64,000 nt of DNA, taken from assembly GCA_973895155.1 (NCBI GenBank), contig OZ316895.1:9350184-9414183 (forward strand). Reading direction: 5' to 3'. Numbering within the stretch: position 1 is the first letter of the stretch; every line of letters starts with the position of its first letter. The translations under genes and the position numbers were made by a program. A model generated the notes under the pieces. It did not search any database. It saw only the letters and a list, made by a program, of their open reading frames with translations, and had not been told where the DNA came from. This document shows positions 36,880 through 49,300 of this stretch, piece after piece. This stretch comes from Marsupella aquatica. Taxonomy: Eukaryota > Plantae > Marchantiophyta.

Positions 36880-38160
36880 CAATAGGAGTCGCGGAACTCG
36901 ACTACCTTAACACTTAGCTCTGGCGTCGCTGACTCCGACGCCGAGCTCACTTATGGTCCAGGCCCAGATAGGCCATCGGGGAGTACTTAGCATGGGGAGA
37001 CTTGTGGGCAATGAGACGTGGCAATGGTGAGGGCAAGGCGCCAAGCTGGTGACACACACTAAGGACTTAGACTAGCGGAGAGTTGGTCGAGTCAAGGGGA
37101 AAAGGGCAGGGCTCAAGGTTGACTGCCCGGACCCCAGACAGATTTTGAGTTTTGAGGGCTTGAGTGAGAGCTCCTCTTGGGCCCAAGGCCAATGGAGTTC
37201 ACGCCATCGACAACGAACATTTGGGGCGCGAGTTATGGCCCGATACGGGTTTGGCTGATCGGGGGCCCCAAGCGGCGATAGATCTAAAGGCCTAGGCTTG
37301 AGCACATGGTCGGCCCAATCACAACGGGCTAAGGCACTTCGCTTGCGGACGCTTGAGTAGGAAGTTATGGGCGTTGCTAGTTGATGGCGCGCCCAGACAT
37401 GCGAGATAGGGTCCAGGTTGGGGACCAAAAGTTTGGGGACCAAAGTTGATCCGGGGGTGGCAGGTCTCCAGAAGCATATATGAGGAGAGTGGTGTCTTCC
37501 TGGGGGCTAAGGGCAAGCCAAAGTCGTGAGTCGTGGTGGTCGTGACACTAAGGGAAAATGCCAAACGGAAACGACAATAATTCCCCAACGGGAAGTCCTT
37601 TGGAGGACTTCTTGGGTGCATTGGAAATCTCTCAAGAAGGGCTACATACTCCTGAGCTTAGCTGGGTTTGGGGGAACCATTCTCGAGGTTTGCGGGTGTT
37701 ATCTCGCCCTCTTGCCAAATCCTGCCGAAACAGCAGCCAAGTCGCGTTCAGTCTCTCAAGGGAGCTTGTGTTGGGAAGGCAAGGTCATGTAGGCGTGGAG
37801 GTTGAGTTCCAAAGACACTTGGCCCCTAGACCATCAGCGGGGCGAGAACCGAGAGTTGGTTGCTAAAGGTTAAGACCATTCTGGTCCCGGCATGTAGGGA
37901 CAAGCTTGGGACAAGCTATGTGGGCCATAAGCATGTCCTAGGGGCAAGGCGGTCAGTTGGTGATGGATAGGTACGACTGGGCCGGGCTGCGCCCAAGGAA
38001 GGAGCTATTTTGGATGAACAGTGGGCGTCAGTTCTAGTTCCGGCTTATGGCATCGGGATGACCTATCGCTGACCTACTTACCAATATCTATTGAGCTTGA
38101 GTTAGGATGCTAGACTTGAGAGATCTAGATCCGGAAGGGTTGTAAACTTACCAAGACGCT
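36880..38160. mobile_element. GC-rich LTR-like transposon-derived sequence, boundaries uncertain
   Basis: Abrupt GC rise, hairpin AGCTCTGGCGTCG...CGACGCCGAGCT (~36916-36947), no credible ORF, near the Gypsy accessory ORF. No partner LTR found. Confidence 0.4.
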
Positions 38161-39292
38161 TGGTTACTTGTGCAGACAGTGAGTGTCGTATGCTATCAAA
38201 AGCAAATATCATCGAATATATGCTAAAAACTCGGTGTTCGTTCCCATGGAAGAACAAGAATGGGATAAAAGATGTTTTAAAGTGTTTTCAGTGGTTTAAA
38301 GATGGTACTCAACATCTATAAGAAAAAGAGAATCTTAAACAAAACACAGGCAATTAACAAAATATGAATAAAATGGACATTTGTTGTATAATAGAATCTT
38401 AGAGCTTTTAGAGGTATAGTTTAGCAATATTTAACTCTGTCACCATGTCTTAAGAAAGAGCTATGGCATTATTTGAGACGTTGATAAGTCAAACATAACC
38501 TTGCTATAACTGCTCTCTAGGTTTCTATCATAATCTAAGTTTAAGAAGTGTCTATGCTCACAAAACCCAAGATAAGTTTCGGATTGTGTGTATAGTAGTG
38601 TGTCATTAAAATGCCGGCAACATGTTTCCTTCTTCAGCGATGTGCAATTCCAAAGGAAAACTAATGCACATTCAGTATACCACAATGGTATTTCAAATCC
38701 GTGAATTAAGAATGTCGCTACTTCTTAACATATAGATTTCTACTTCTTGATTTACATGCAATACTTATCTTCCAAAGATAAGTCCTTCATGTAAATACAG
38801 AACTGGACAACAAATGTTGTAGTTTGGATTAGGCACCGACCAACGGATCTTCTAATACATTCCACAAACTGTATTTTTATGGGTTTTACTTCTTACGGTA
38901 ATTGCAACATGCATTACCATACGAAGGAGGGGTAGACTCCTAGCACAAGTAATCAAATTTCAAGGTATGCAAATCTTCCTTGCAAAATTGCATTACACGT
39001 ACAAGGGACAAAACTCCAAGATGAGGAGATGCAAATAATTATCCACACTGTCTCACAATAAGTACATGAGGTCGCCCACGGGCTAAGGAGAATGAAGAGA
39101 CATGCCTCTTCATTTCCTAAGTCTAAACTAAGTAAAATAAAAGTCAACTTTGACTAAGGGATAGTCAAATGGTCAAGCGAAGTAAAAGTCTACAAAAATA
39201 AAATACTAATCTCATATTGTAATAGGAGGAGGGTTGACTACAAGTAGAGGGAGGCAAGCTACATAACCAAGGGCTATCTTCCCTTTGATCCT

Positions 39293-41074
39293 CTATCCCT
39301 TCAAATACTGTCGACGGAAAAGGTCCTCACGATAACGAATCAAACGGGGCTCACTGGTCTTTCGGATGGGATGTCCATCCGGTCCGATCCAAACAAAGTA
39401 ATCTGATGGCCATGGAATGTCTGGAGCTGGAAGAAGGAAAGGTGCTATGACCTTTCTACAGTGATAAACCCAACTCCAAAGGTCAGGAGTCTCAATCGTG
39501 GGTAGTCTCAGCTTGTCGATAGGCAGCCATAGAATACCACGAGAAATCGGAACCATGTCGTAGGTGTGTGGAAAAGGGAAAGACTCACGACCAAACATAA
39601 GTGGAGGTAAAGAAGGTGCAAGGGGAGTGCGTGCGTCGATGAGTGACATAATCATCCTATCAAACTGGGCGGGAAAGACAAAAAGAGGCTCAATGTCGGC
39701 AACAGAAGAGACAATAGGAGGCTGAGACATCAAAGGAGTAGGAGCTATAAATGGTACACTGGGAGACTCTACAGTCTCAGGCTTAGGCTCAGGAATAGGC
39801 TCAGGAATAGGTTCATCTCCTTCCCTAATAGGAGAGGGAAATGAATCATCAAGGGGTGATAGGGTGGTATCCTCAATGGAGGAAAATGGATCTGGAGGGG
39901 TAACTGGTGAAGGGGGTAAAGGGTCAGGGGTAGGCGATGGAGGGTGCTCAGGTGTAAATGTAGGAGGGATAGGGGAATCAATAATAGGGGAAGGAATGGG
40001 ATCAGGTAGAGGGGGTGTAGGTGAGGATGGAGGAGGGAGTGAAGGATATTCAACAATAGGTACCTCCGGCTCATCCACATCCATAGGGTGATCAGGTTGT
40101 GGTGAAGGTGTAGGGGGTGAAACATGAGAGGGTGGGGCGGTACGAGACTCGAAAAGTAAAGCACAAATACAGTCAAGTAATTGCAGAGGGGTACAACTCA
40201 AGAGTCTAGTGGCCTCATCTACCAAATGCTGGTTGAAACCAGCCACACTAGCTAGTCGCTCAACATCACCAACAAAATCAGTCCATGATGTGTAAGAAGT
40301 GGAAGCAACGAAAGAGGGAGAAGTCATCCCTGGTAGATCCGGTGCTAACGTCTGCTCCACTGGAGGGGGTCTCGGAGATGTCATGGGCGGTGGAATCAAC
40401 TCTCTCGCTAACTCTGGTTGAGGGAGCTCAAAGTGTCTCGCTCTCTTCCTCCAATCGCTCAGCTCCACTGGTAACAAGCAGCCTCTCGAAAAGTAAATGT
40501 GCGCCAAGTAGCGTATCAGATAGGTATCACCGGTAGTAGACAAGACAGTCACCTGCTTGGCGATCACCTCCGAAAGAGCTAGGGCCCAGTTGATCCTCCT
40601 CTTGCCGGTCCATGATACGATGATAGAGCTGGTCAAGTAAACCATAGCCCTAGTGGGTTTGGTCGGATGAAAGATAGGTACAAGGAATCAGAGTAGATGA
40701 GCTAGCTCCCGGTTCCTACACTGATCAATCTTCCAACCAGACTTCTGGTCCCTGGTACCTCTAAAGTAGGGGACAGTCAAGTTTTCCCCAACAGAGATCA
40801 GTCTCTCTCCCTCCGAGCTCAACTGGTACACCTCAGAAACAACGGCGGTGGTACACACATCAGCTGAACCTCTAGTAGAACTCCGGAAAGCGCCAGCTTG
40901 GGGTGGACGAAGAAAATCGGCAATGATGGATCCATGCACCATATCCCAAGGAAGAAAAAGTAAGGAACTCAAGCCCATCTCTACCAAGTTACTAAGGAGT
41001 CTAAAGTAAGCCGTAGGACCTGGGGGTACGGTCACCCTAATGGCCTTACTAATTGGTAAGCTCCTGGTGGCCAT
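39293..41074 (-). pseudogene. Bryophyte Gypsy-associated accessory ORF with Pro-rich C-terminus, one in-frame stop
   Basis: ORFs 40688-41074 and 39293-40645 are in the same frame, separated by one TGA (40688-40690). Read-through gives ...GWKIDQCRNRELAHLL*FLVPIFHPTKPTRAMV...GKRRINWA..., which from recollection resembles retrotransposon-linked hypothetical proteins of liverworts and mosses (FLVPxxxPxKPTR...xxW). Followed by GGCCGTCC/GACGTCC motif repeats at 41430-41735. Confidence 0.65.
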
Positions 41075-43199
41075 AGCTCAGAAAATCTGAGAAGGCTCGA
41101 GAGCTCTCCTCCTAAAACCGGTTAAGCATTGAGGCTCAAGAATGAAATCTCAGGAATCTAAGGTAGCTGCGCTGCTATGGGAGAAGAAATGAACTGGAAA
41201 GAGATAGAAATGAAGGAGCTCTGATCAGGCAAAGCTCTCGAAATTGCAATTTCTTCAATTCCAAGAAATTAGAGAGCATCGATGACCCAATACTCCTCAA
41301 TGTCTCATCAATGGCAGTTCAGAATCAGGGTGAACAATCTCTAGGCAGCTGTGCTGCTATAGCAATTGAAACGAGCTCGAATGGTGGTCTATCGAGTGAG
41401 CACTGAGGGTCAAAGCTCGCGCCCTACTGCCGGCCGCCATGGACGTCCCTCAAAGAAAAATGGAGAAAAAGGCTCGGGCCGGCGCGAACGTCAAGTTAGG
41501 TCATGACGGGGTGGACGTCCCGGACGTCCCTTTGTGGAGGCCGTCCAAGACGTCCTCAAGTTTTTCACGTGGGCCGGCGCGGAAGGAGTCGGCCGTCCTT
41601 GGCAAAAAATGGGTGCCGTCCTGGCCGTCCCTGCGAGGAGGCCGTCCAGGCTGTCACCTCATTTTTGAAGCTCCTTTCAACTTCTTGCCGTCTTGATGCT
41701 TACTATGTGAAAACCAGGGTGGCCTTGACGTCTTCCAATGGTACCCGTACCCATTTGAGCTTATACTAACTTAATTTTGCTTAAAGGGCCTTATAAAAAA
41801 CTTAAAAATTTAATTTTTTTATTATTTTGATACTTTAACTCTCTTTTTAGAATAATTACCTAATTACAGTGAGGACCATTGAGTAGCGATCGTATTGGAG
41901 AGCAAGGGCACTAGGTTGCTTGCTTGAGGTATTCCGTGCACAGGGGCACTTAGGCGTGGGTGCTCTGGGTGGCAAGGTCCACCACTATAGGTCCTGTCAA
42001 AAGGGGCCATAAATGAGGTATGGCAAAGGACAAAAAATGATTTTATGGCCAGGACACAAACCTTATGGGCTATCTATACACGTGCCCAATAAGGATTAGA
42101 CGTCCAAAAGTCACATGCCCCATAAAACCTTGCTTATGGCCGTGCTTTGACACACCTTCATGTGTTGTGAAACAAGGTAGACCCCGCCCACTTCTGTCTT
42201 ACTATATGTGTCCTATTTAAAGCAACTAGATTTGAGAAGTACAATCCATTTGAAGTTTTGCACTTGTAATCTCTGGTTTGTTGGTTCTGTCCTATTTAAG
42301 GCAACTAGATTTGAGAACTACAATCCAAGGGTAAAGTTTTACCCCCTTAGTCTCCTCTTTAATTGGGTCTCCTACCTTTGTGATCTTGTTTCCCACTCTG
42401 TTTCCCAGTTTGGGACTTTTAGTTCTTAGGAATTGTAATATCACATTACAAAGCCCTGCCCATAGAGGGCTGCTCTAAGATTGAAGAGTTTGCAACTTAC
42501 ATAAGTAGTGTGGTTTCTGCTCAGATGTCAATAATCCATGATAGAGATTTTTGTTCTCTGCCCAACTACAGAAACACAAAGAAGGTTCACAAATCTTACT
42601 ACTAAGTTGCAATTGAAAGCTACTTTTGAGGCCTACGTTCTCGAGTGAAGCCTCTAGACCGTAATTCTGGTTGGGGCATCACTTAACTTGGGGCTGAGAG
42701 TCAAAAATGGGAATTTAATTTAGGGTGTGTATTGAAAATGGCATAGCGCAACGCAATGGCAAGAGTGGAGGGGGTGAGTTGACATCCTTTTTCCCAGCTG
42801 GCGAGCTGATCAAGCTGACAACCTTCTTCCTGGATTCTGCACCGTGAATAGACTGTGGTACAGTAATGTAGTGGGGCTTAGGAATGTAAAACAATGTTTT
42901 GGTATTGCTGCATTTTTCCCTGGCTCCTTTTTTCACCTTCCAACTTTCAATCATTCCCGGACCCTGTAGCACTTTTCGGTTTTTTTGGTTTCTTGACCAG
43001 TTTAGCTCACTACTTAGTGCCCACACCTTCAATGTGCAGCTGATCACTCAGGTCTAGCGAAGAAAGAGCCGACGCCAACAGTAGTAGGTGAGAGGGAAGT
43101 TGACTGAGTTGAGAGGGAAACAAATTAAGAAGACACGTAAATATGGAAACAGTGCATACTCTTGACAATAATTCTTTGAATCATTTTTGTCTCAGCTCC

Positions 43200-44140
43200 T
43201 GCATAGATGGGAAGGATTTCAAGTCTAACTTGAAGTTGAGATCATGAGAAACAGCACACATTTAGGAGCAGCTATCTCTTTCTCTCTTGGAGAATTGAAA
43301 CCTCCGTGCATTGAATTTCTCTTCGGCTCTTTGGTTGAGCAGAACTTGCTACTGTACCTGTTTGGTTTGTTGCAAAAATCTTCCCAATTGTCTTGACTTT
43401 TTTTTACTACACATTCAGCAGTGGGGTGCCCCTTCTCAATCACTTAAGCTCCAACATGTGTGGCAATCCACAGATTTAATTAGCTTTGTGTTGCGCTCCT
43501 CTCTCCCACATTTTGGGCTGCTATTCTGGGGCTTTCCATCGATCCAGGAGCAAAATGTAGACTTTGAGCGTCTCAAACCTCTCCTATCCGCCTCCGGTCG
43601 TGATTAGTGACAAATTCCCCCCAAAAAATATCAGACTTGAAAATGTGTGCCCACACACTCCTGGCCTGTAGTTTTGGGCGTCATTTTTCTTGCAGCTTCA
43701 AGGTTTGAGATGCCCTATTAGGGGGTTTCAAATATTGGGCCATTTTCTAGGTCTGCGGCCCAACACTTGGCTCGTAAGACTGACCGCAGGTGGAGATTAC
43801 AGAGTTAGACGCCACTAGGGTTTTTAATTTTTTAACACACCGTAAGATCACTGCCTCGAGCTATGGCGCTCAGGTTGACTCTCACAGAAGCTCATTGGAA
43901 ACATGAAGTCAGTTGCTCGTGACCCAACAAAGGATTCAAAAAAGTGAGCCACGCCAGTTGATGGGACACGGTCAAGTCCCACAACCAGTGTGTGCAGACC
44001 AGACAAACTGCTCCCACACATATTTTATTTGGCGACCATCCAAGCCTACTTGGCAACCGTCAGAGCCTACCGAAAAACAGTCCCAACCCAATATTTTAGA
44101 CCTCCTATTAGGGCATCTCAAAGCTGGGTCATTACTGTAA
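43200..44140 (-). mobile_element. Possible highly decayed retrotransposon gag remnant
   Basis: Minus strand CHTC...KGHPTAEC (~43415-43465) resembles a disrupted CCHC knuckle. The rest is fragmentary. Confidence 0.25.
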
Positions 44141-44229
44141 GTTACAGATTTGTGATATATTTTATAACTCAAGTCATGGAACCCAATTATAGAATTTTAA
44201 AAAATAGGGGAGGTAACATTGACCCACCC

Positions 44230-44550
44230 CATAAGGCAGGGGTTATGGCTTCACCTGTCTTATAGCATATAATATTTTTTTCCTCATTTCTTGATCAACA
44301 GCATAAGGCAGGGGTTATGGCTGGGGTTATGGCTTCACCTGTCTTATAGCATATAATTTTTTTTACTCATTTCTTGATCAGCAGCTGTCTCAAATGCAGC
44401 ATGAATCATCACATCAGGAGCAATTCCCATGTGCCTTCAGTCACAAATTTCTGGATTTCCTCCTAAAGTAGCGGGAAAATTATGGGTTCAATGTTGAGCC
44501 CACAGACTTTGTTTACAGATTATGGGTTCAATGTTGAGCTCACAGACTTT
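44230..44550 (+). repeat. Two adjacent tandem duplications (~73 bp x2 and ~40 bp x2)
   Basis: CATAAGGCAGGGGTTATGGCTTCACCTGTCTTATAGCATATAAT...CTCATTTCTTGATCA x2 (44230-44385). TTATGGGTTCAATGTTGAGC(C/T)CACAGACTTT x2 (44480-44550). Confidence 0.85.
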
Positions 44551-46319
44551 CTTGACGATAGCCCAAGATAGGCTTCCATAATTTTTACTCGAGTTCCCAT
44601 AATATTGAGTTATGGGAGTACCTTATTGTTAAGGCCAAGCTTTGAGACTCCCTATTAATGCATCTCACCATGACTTTTTCGGATCACTCATTGACTGTAG
44701 GGACTCTACTCGGGCCCCCAGAAAAGTAGGTCGCCCCTAGACTTTTTGGAAATCTCTAATGACTATGCAGTAAATCACAGTCTCAAAATTGGAGGGTGTT
44801 GTTGGACGTACCAAGGAAAAACAGCCACAAGCAACAGTCATGCACACACGAGCTGAACAGACTAATTGCCACCATAGAACTAGTAGCTACCATTCCCCAC
44901 GCCATCTGTACCAGTTTAGCTACAGGTTGTGATTGACTTCAAATCTACCCGTCTGAAGTTTATGATTGGTGAATCGATCGAACATTCACAGGTATTGGAG
45001 TGGCCCAGCTACTTGACTTCTCGTAGGAAATTAGATCACAGCAATAAGCAGCTCTCCAAAATTTAGTCAAACAATCTTGTATCATGCACAATAGAGTCAC
45101 AGGTGGAACTGACTTCATCTTTCCCCTTCATTCCTTCTGTTCTGAAGCACTCAGAATCGTGGTCATCAACAAATCATATAGATCAGCACAACTCACTGAT
45201 TCATCACTGGGCAACACTCCCCCAACGGGAATAGAACGCAGTCCTGCTTATGATAGATTGAAAGGTCCGACGTCAGCAGGACTCAGGAAAAGACCTGACC
45301 GGAGAGATTCTCTCAGAACACTGCCTCGTTTCATGCTGTGAAGCCCGCAGCGTTGTGGTCATGATGAGATCTGTGGAAATCAGCAACTCGCAGATTGTAT
45401 CATTGCGCAATACTTTCCCAGTTATAGCACCACGTTTATCGATCACTGGACGGAAAATCCAAACATCTGTAGGAGCGAAACGAGTAAACCTGGCTAGCAG
45501 GTGAGGGCAGTCGCAAAATCTAGTAAAATGAAACCTACTGTCGATCCGAGTTTGATTAGGGGTCAGTGTCGGCATCGCTTCGTCATCCCTGCAAGAGGAA
45601 CACTGGAAATAGAGAGGCATCTGCTCATCGAGATCTAGATCATGCTCATATTAGACCTCATGTGTATGACCCCTGGAACGTTATGTATGACACCAAGAAA
45701 TGGAAGATGCTGCAAGTAATCCCCGCTCCCCTAAAATTAAAAATGGATCACTCCAGGGATACACACTGAGACCTTCCCAAGAGTACGGGACATTTGTCAG
45801 CTAATTGTTAATTTTTATCATTGAAACGATAACAAGACTGCGCCCATACGTTGCTACCGGACCTGTAGGACTTGTAAACAAACCACAGCAAGAGATGTGC
45901 GACATGTCATGATGCAAGTTTCCTATGAGAGAAAAAACCTGGAATGCAAATATCATATCATTCTGTCCCCTTCTTCACTTACGGGACATGGTAAAACGTC
46001 CGCATAGCATGTGAAGACGTGCCGGGCTCAAGACCAGATAAATGAAAACTCTTTTTACAGACGAATTACAATGATCTAACGCCTCTGGCACCATTGGAGC
46101 CTATACAAATCCCACGGTTGGTCGGGAATGACAACAAGCGTGTAGATATAGGCAGAAATCTATGATACTCGAGGTGATCTAAAATCAGATTTGTCGAGGA
46201 ACTGCTAGATTACGCTCCTCAAATTCGATGAGTTACTGGTACAATTGACTTGCGCCCCTCAAATTAAAACTATCGGGACCATGGAAGGTAAAACAGAATC
46301 AAGACCGAGCGCACCTGTG

Positions 46320-49300
46320 TCAATGAAGAATATATACACGGTCATCAGGATTAACTATACAATCCGGTCTGGGGTTTGTGAGTACATAACCAGTGGGGGC
46401 GCCAAGAGTGCCCCTAACACGGTACAAACCAATAGCCAAGACACCCTTCTCTCTCAGAAGACCAAGAAAAAGGTCTGAGTACGGTCCGCTCGCATACTGC
46501 TCCGGAAGAGCAATCAGGTCAAAAATTCTCTCGCGTTCTTGCAGGATTCCATCTGCTGTCTTGACATAGCCTCCTTCAATCAATTGTTCTACTATGGTTT
46601 GTGTATTTCGATTATAGAAGGTCGATCGCCTGTGCAAGACGAGAAGAAATAAATATTACATCAGGTCCAACTACCGTTGACATTTGAACACCATTAGCTT
46701 ACTGTACAACTTCAGAACAATAGAGATATAGAAGGTTCAGCTGGTATCTTACATGAGAAAGCCAAGCATAGCCGCGGAAATTGCCTTTCCCTCCATGTAA
46801 GGAGGTAGGAAATGAACCAGAGCATCTAGGTTCCGGCGGAGACCCTCCGTGGGAAAATGCGCTCTCGAAATTTCATATTGGGGCCGAAGATAGAAAAATG
46901 CCTCTGGGTGCTTCATCTCCACAATCAGATTGTCGAGTGGACTGAAACCATATAATCGTTGCACATTTGCCACAACGACAATGTTTTGTACGTCACTGGT
47001 GTACGCTGCAGGTGTCCGCTGCAAATATTTCTTCTCTCCTAACCCTCCTCCCAAGTCTACTGGTACTCCTTGGTCAGATAAAACGACTACTTTCTCTGTC
47101 ATTACAACATCCAGATCAGTTGCAATCCTCCCCAAATTTGTTACTCAGAAATACCAGTAAAGCGTAAGAATAGACTGTCGACGATCTTGAACAAATAGAA
47201 TAATAATTATAATTTGCGCTCCCAACCAAACTCGTGCCTCGAATGGACTTACAGAGAGTATGAATAGCATCTCAATTCTCTACAGAAAAATATTTATTAC
47301 TAGCAAATCCCACATACCCAAGTCATCCGTCAAGCGAACGACCAGAGAAACAACTATTAGTTGCAAGCCCATCAAGTTCCTTACGCAAACAGACCGACCG
47401 AAAAACAACCAGCAGTTGAAATCCCACCCGACTTCGTCGCTCAACCAGGCCCATTCAGAGCAGGAATAGAATACGAGTCTTACCTGCTTGAAGTACCCCT
47501 CCTCGCAAAAGATCGAGCTCATAGTGTGGGGAGCCCTTCAAAAAGTATACGTCTTTAAAGGCACCCACCATGCCCCACTGTTTGGCATTGACTTCTCTTG
47601 GATAGAGCATCACGACTGGAGGATTGGGAAATCCTGGCTTGCGGACTTCCACCAAGAAATAGAAGAAATGAGTGGGCCAACCAGTTTGGCAACACACTAG
47701 AATGTGTGGAACATTAAATGCGACCATTGAAATCGTCCTCTCTTTAAGATCCTTCAGAATGACGTCCTCTTTTTCTTCGATAAGAGCAGGGTGTGGTCTG
47801 TCAAGATATGACAACGGAGGCCAGATCAACAGTTCTTCTGCTGCCTTTTCCAACGTCTTTCCCTTCTCAAACCCATGTGCAGAGTCAATTGCAGGTTCAC
47901 CTGTACCAGCTTTGATATTCTCCACACTAAGTGATTCAAATTCATGATCCTTGACAGCTCGCCCTTGCAGGATTCCTATCTCTATTGCAGCACCTTGGTT
48001 TTTCCCCCAATCTGGGTACCGTTGCGTTGTATAGACATCCTGTATTGCAGTCCTAAGTTGATACTCCAGCTTACGAGTACCGTCAGGGTGATTTACAGGC
48101 CCAATAGGTTTCTTTGCCCCAAAAGCACCAGTTCCTAAGCCTTCCAAAGAGCTCGGATTTCTTGGCCTTGAAAGGGTGCTGGTGCTCCGTTGCCATTTGC
48201 CACTAGTAGGGTCTCGAAGTTCGGTCCCTTGATTATCCCGTCTTATCGTTGGAGTGCTTGTTGCAAGTTCCCAAAGCTTATGGAAGACTGATACTTCATC
48301 CTCCTTCGGACAGTATGTGCTAATAGAATAAGCAGTGCGCAGATCGCTGGCGATTACAATTCCAACGTCATCAGAACTGATCAGTTGCCCTTTCGGATAA
48401 AGTAAGACCTTGCGATCGGGTTCACCATCTGAGTTATATCCCACTAAAGTATCCAAGCCCAGAAGGATGCTAGTGAAAGTCAAAAAGATAAACTCCGCAG
48501 CCTGCACACTCAACGAAATTCACCAGTTAGTTTTTGTTAACTTTAAAGGGCCCGCTAATTCAATCAAGACAAGTGATTCCTGCAGAACATAGAGACTACT
48601 ATTGCCCAGGTCCATCCAATCCGGAAGCAGCCTTCTTCAACCGTCGATGATCCCGACTAAAAATGAAAGGAAAAGATGGATGGGCGCCGGTAACTTTGCT
48701 TCCTGAATATGTCTACACATGTGCTCACTAAAGGACCTCTTCTCAGCAGCAGTGCAGAGTCTGAAAAACTGTCAGCTACTTACCTCGTCAAAGGAGAGTC
48801 CATGGAAGGCTTTGGGTAGAACAACTGGATACACTTCGTTGTCAAAACTGTGAAAACATTCCGTCAGAAAGTGTCTGCGGTTTAAATACTTGATCTGTAG
48901 CTCTGAAGTGAACAAGTTTGTGATGAGTGTGTACAGGCCGTGGACAGCGCAACTGGAAATTCACGCAAGGGCAATACAAATTAGACTCGTCATCAGTGCT
49001 TTCGGAAGGGACAAGGATGAAAGGCAGCTGAATAATGTTAGACAAGTCACCACCTAATTATTCGGCGTTAAAAAGCCGTGCGTTCAGAACGTCTTTCGAG
49101 TCCTTCGAATACTGACCAGCTCAACCAGAATTTCACTTGAACAGTGAGCTAAACGATAAAATGCAACTCGTACAAGTCTATTTCCAATTTGTCAACAAGG
49201 CCATTCCGAGTTGATGCAGAACTCCTGATCATGCGGGCTTGCCGGCTAACGAATAAAATACAAGAAGATGTGCCGCTGTATTCCACCCTTCTCTTCTTTT

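Noticed and set aside
38180-39110. Possible CACTA transposase remnant (EHRHFL) and degenerate Met PBS (TGCTATCAAAAGC)
   Set aside because: Single short motifs without supporting context.
45273-45620. 115-aa minus-strand ORF downstream of the channel
   Set aside because: No domain; may simply be spliced 3' UTR of the channel (possible donor at 46314, acceptor ~45591), unsupported.
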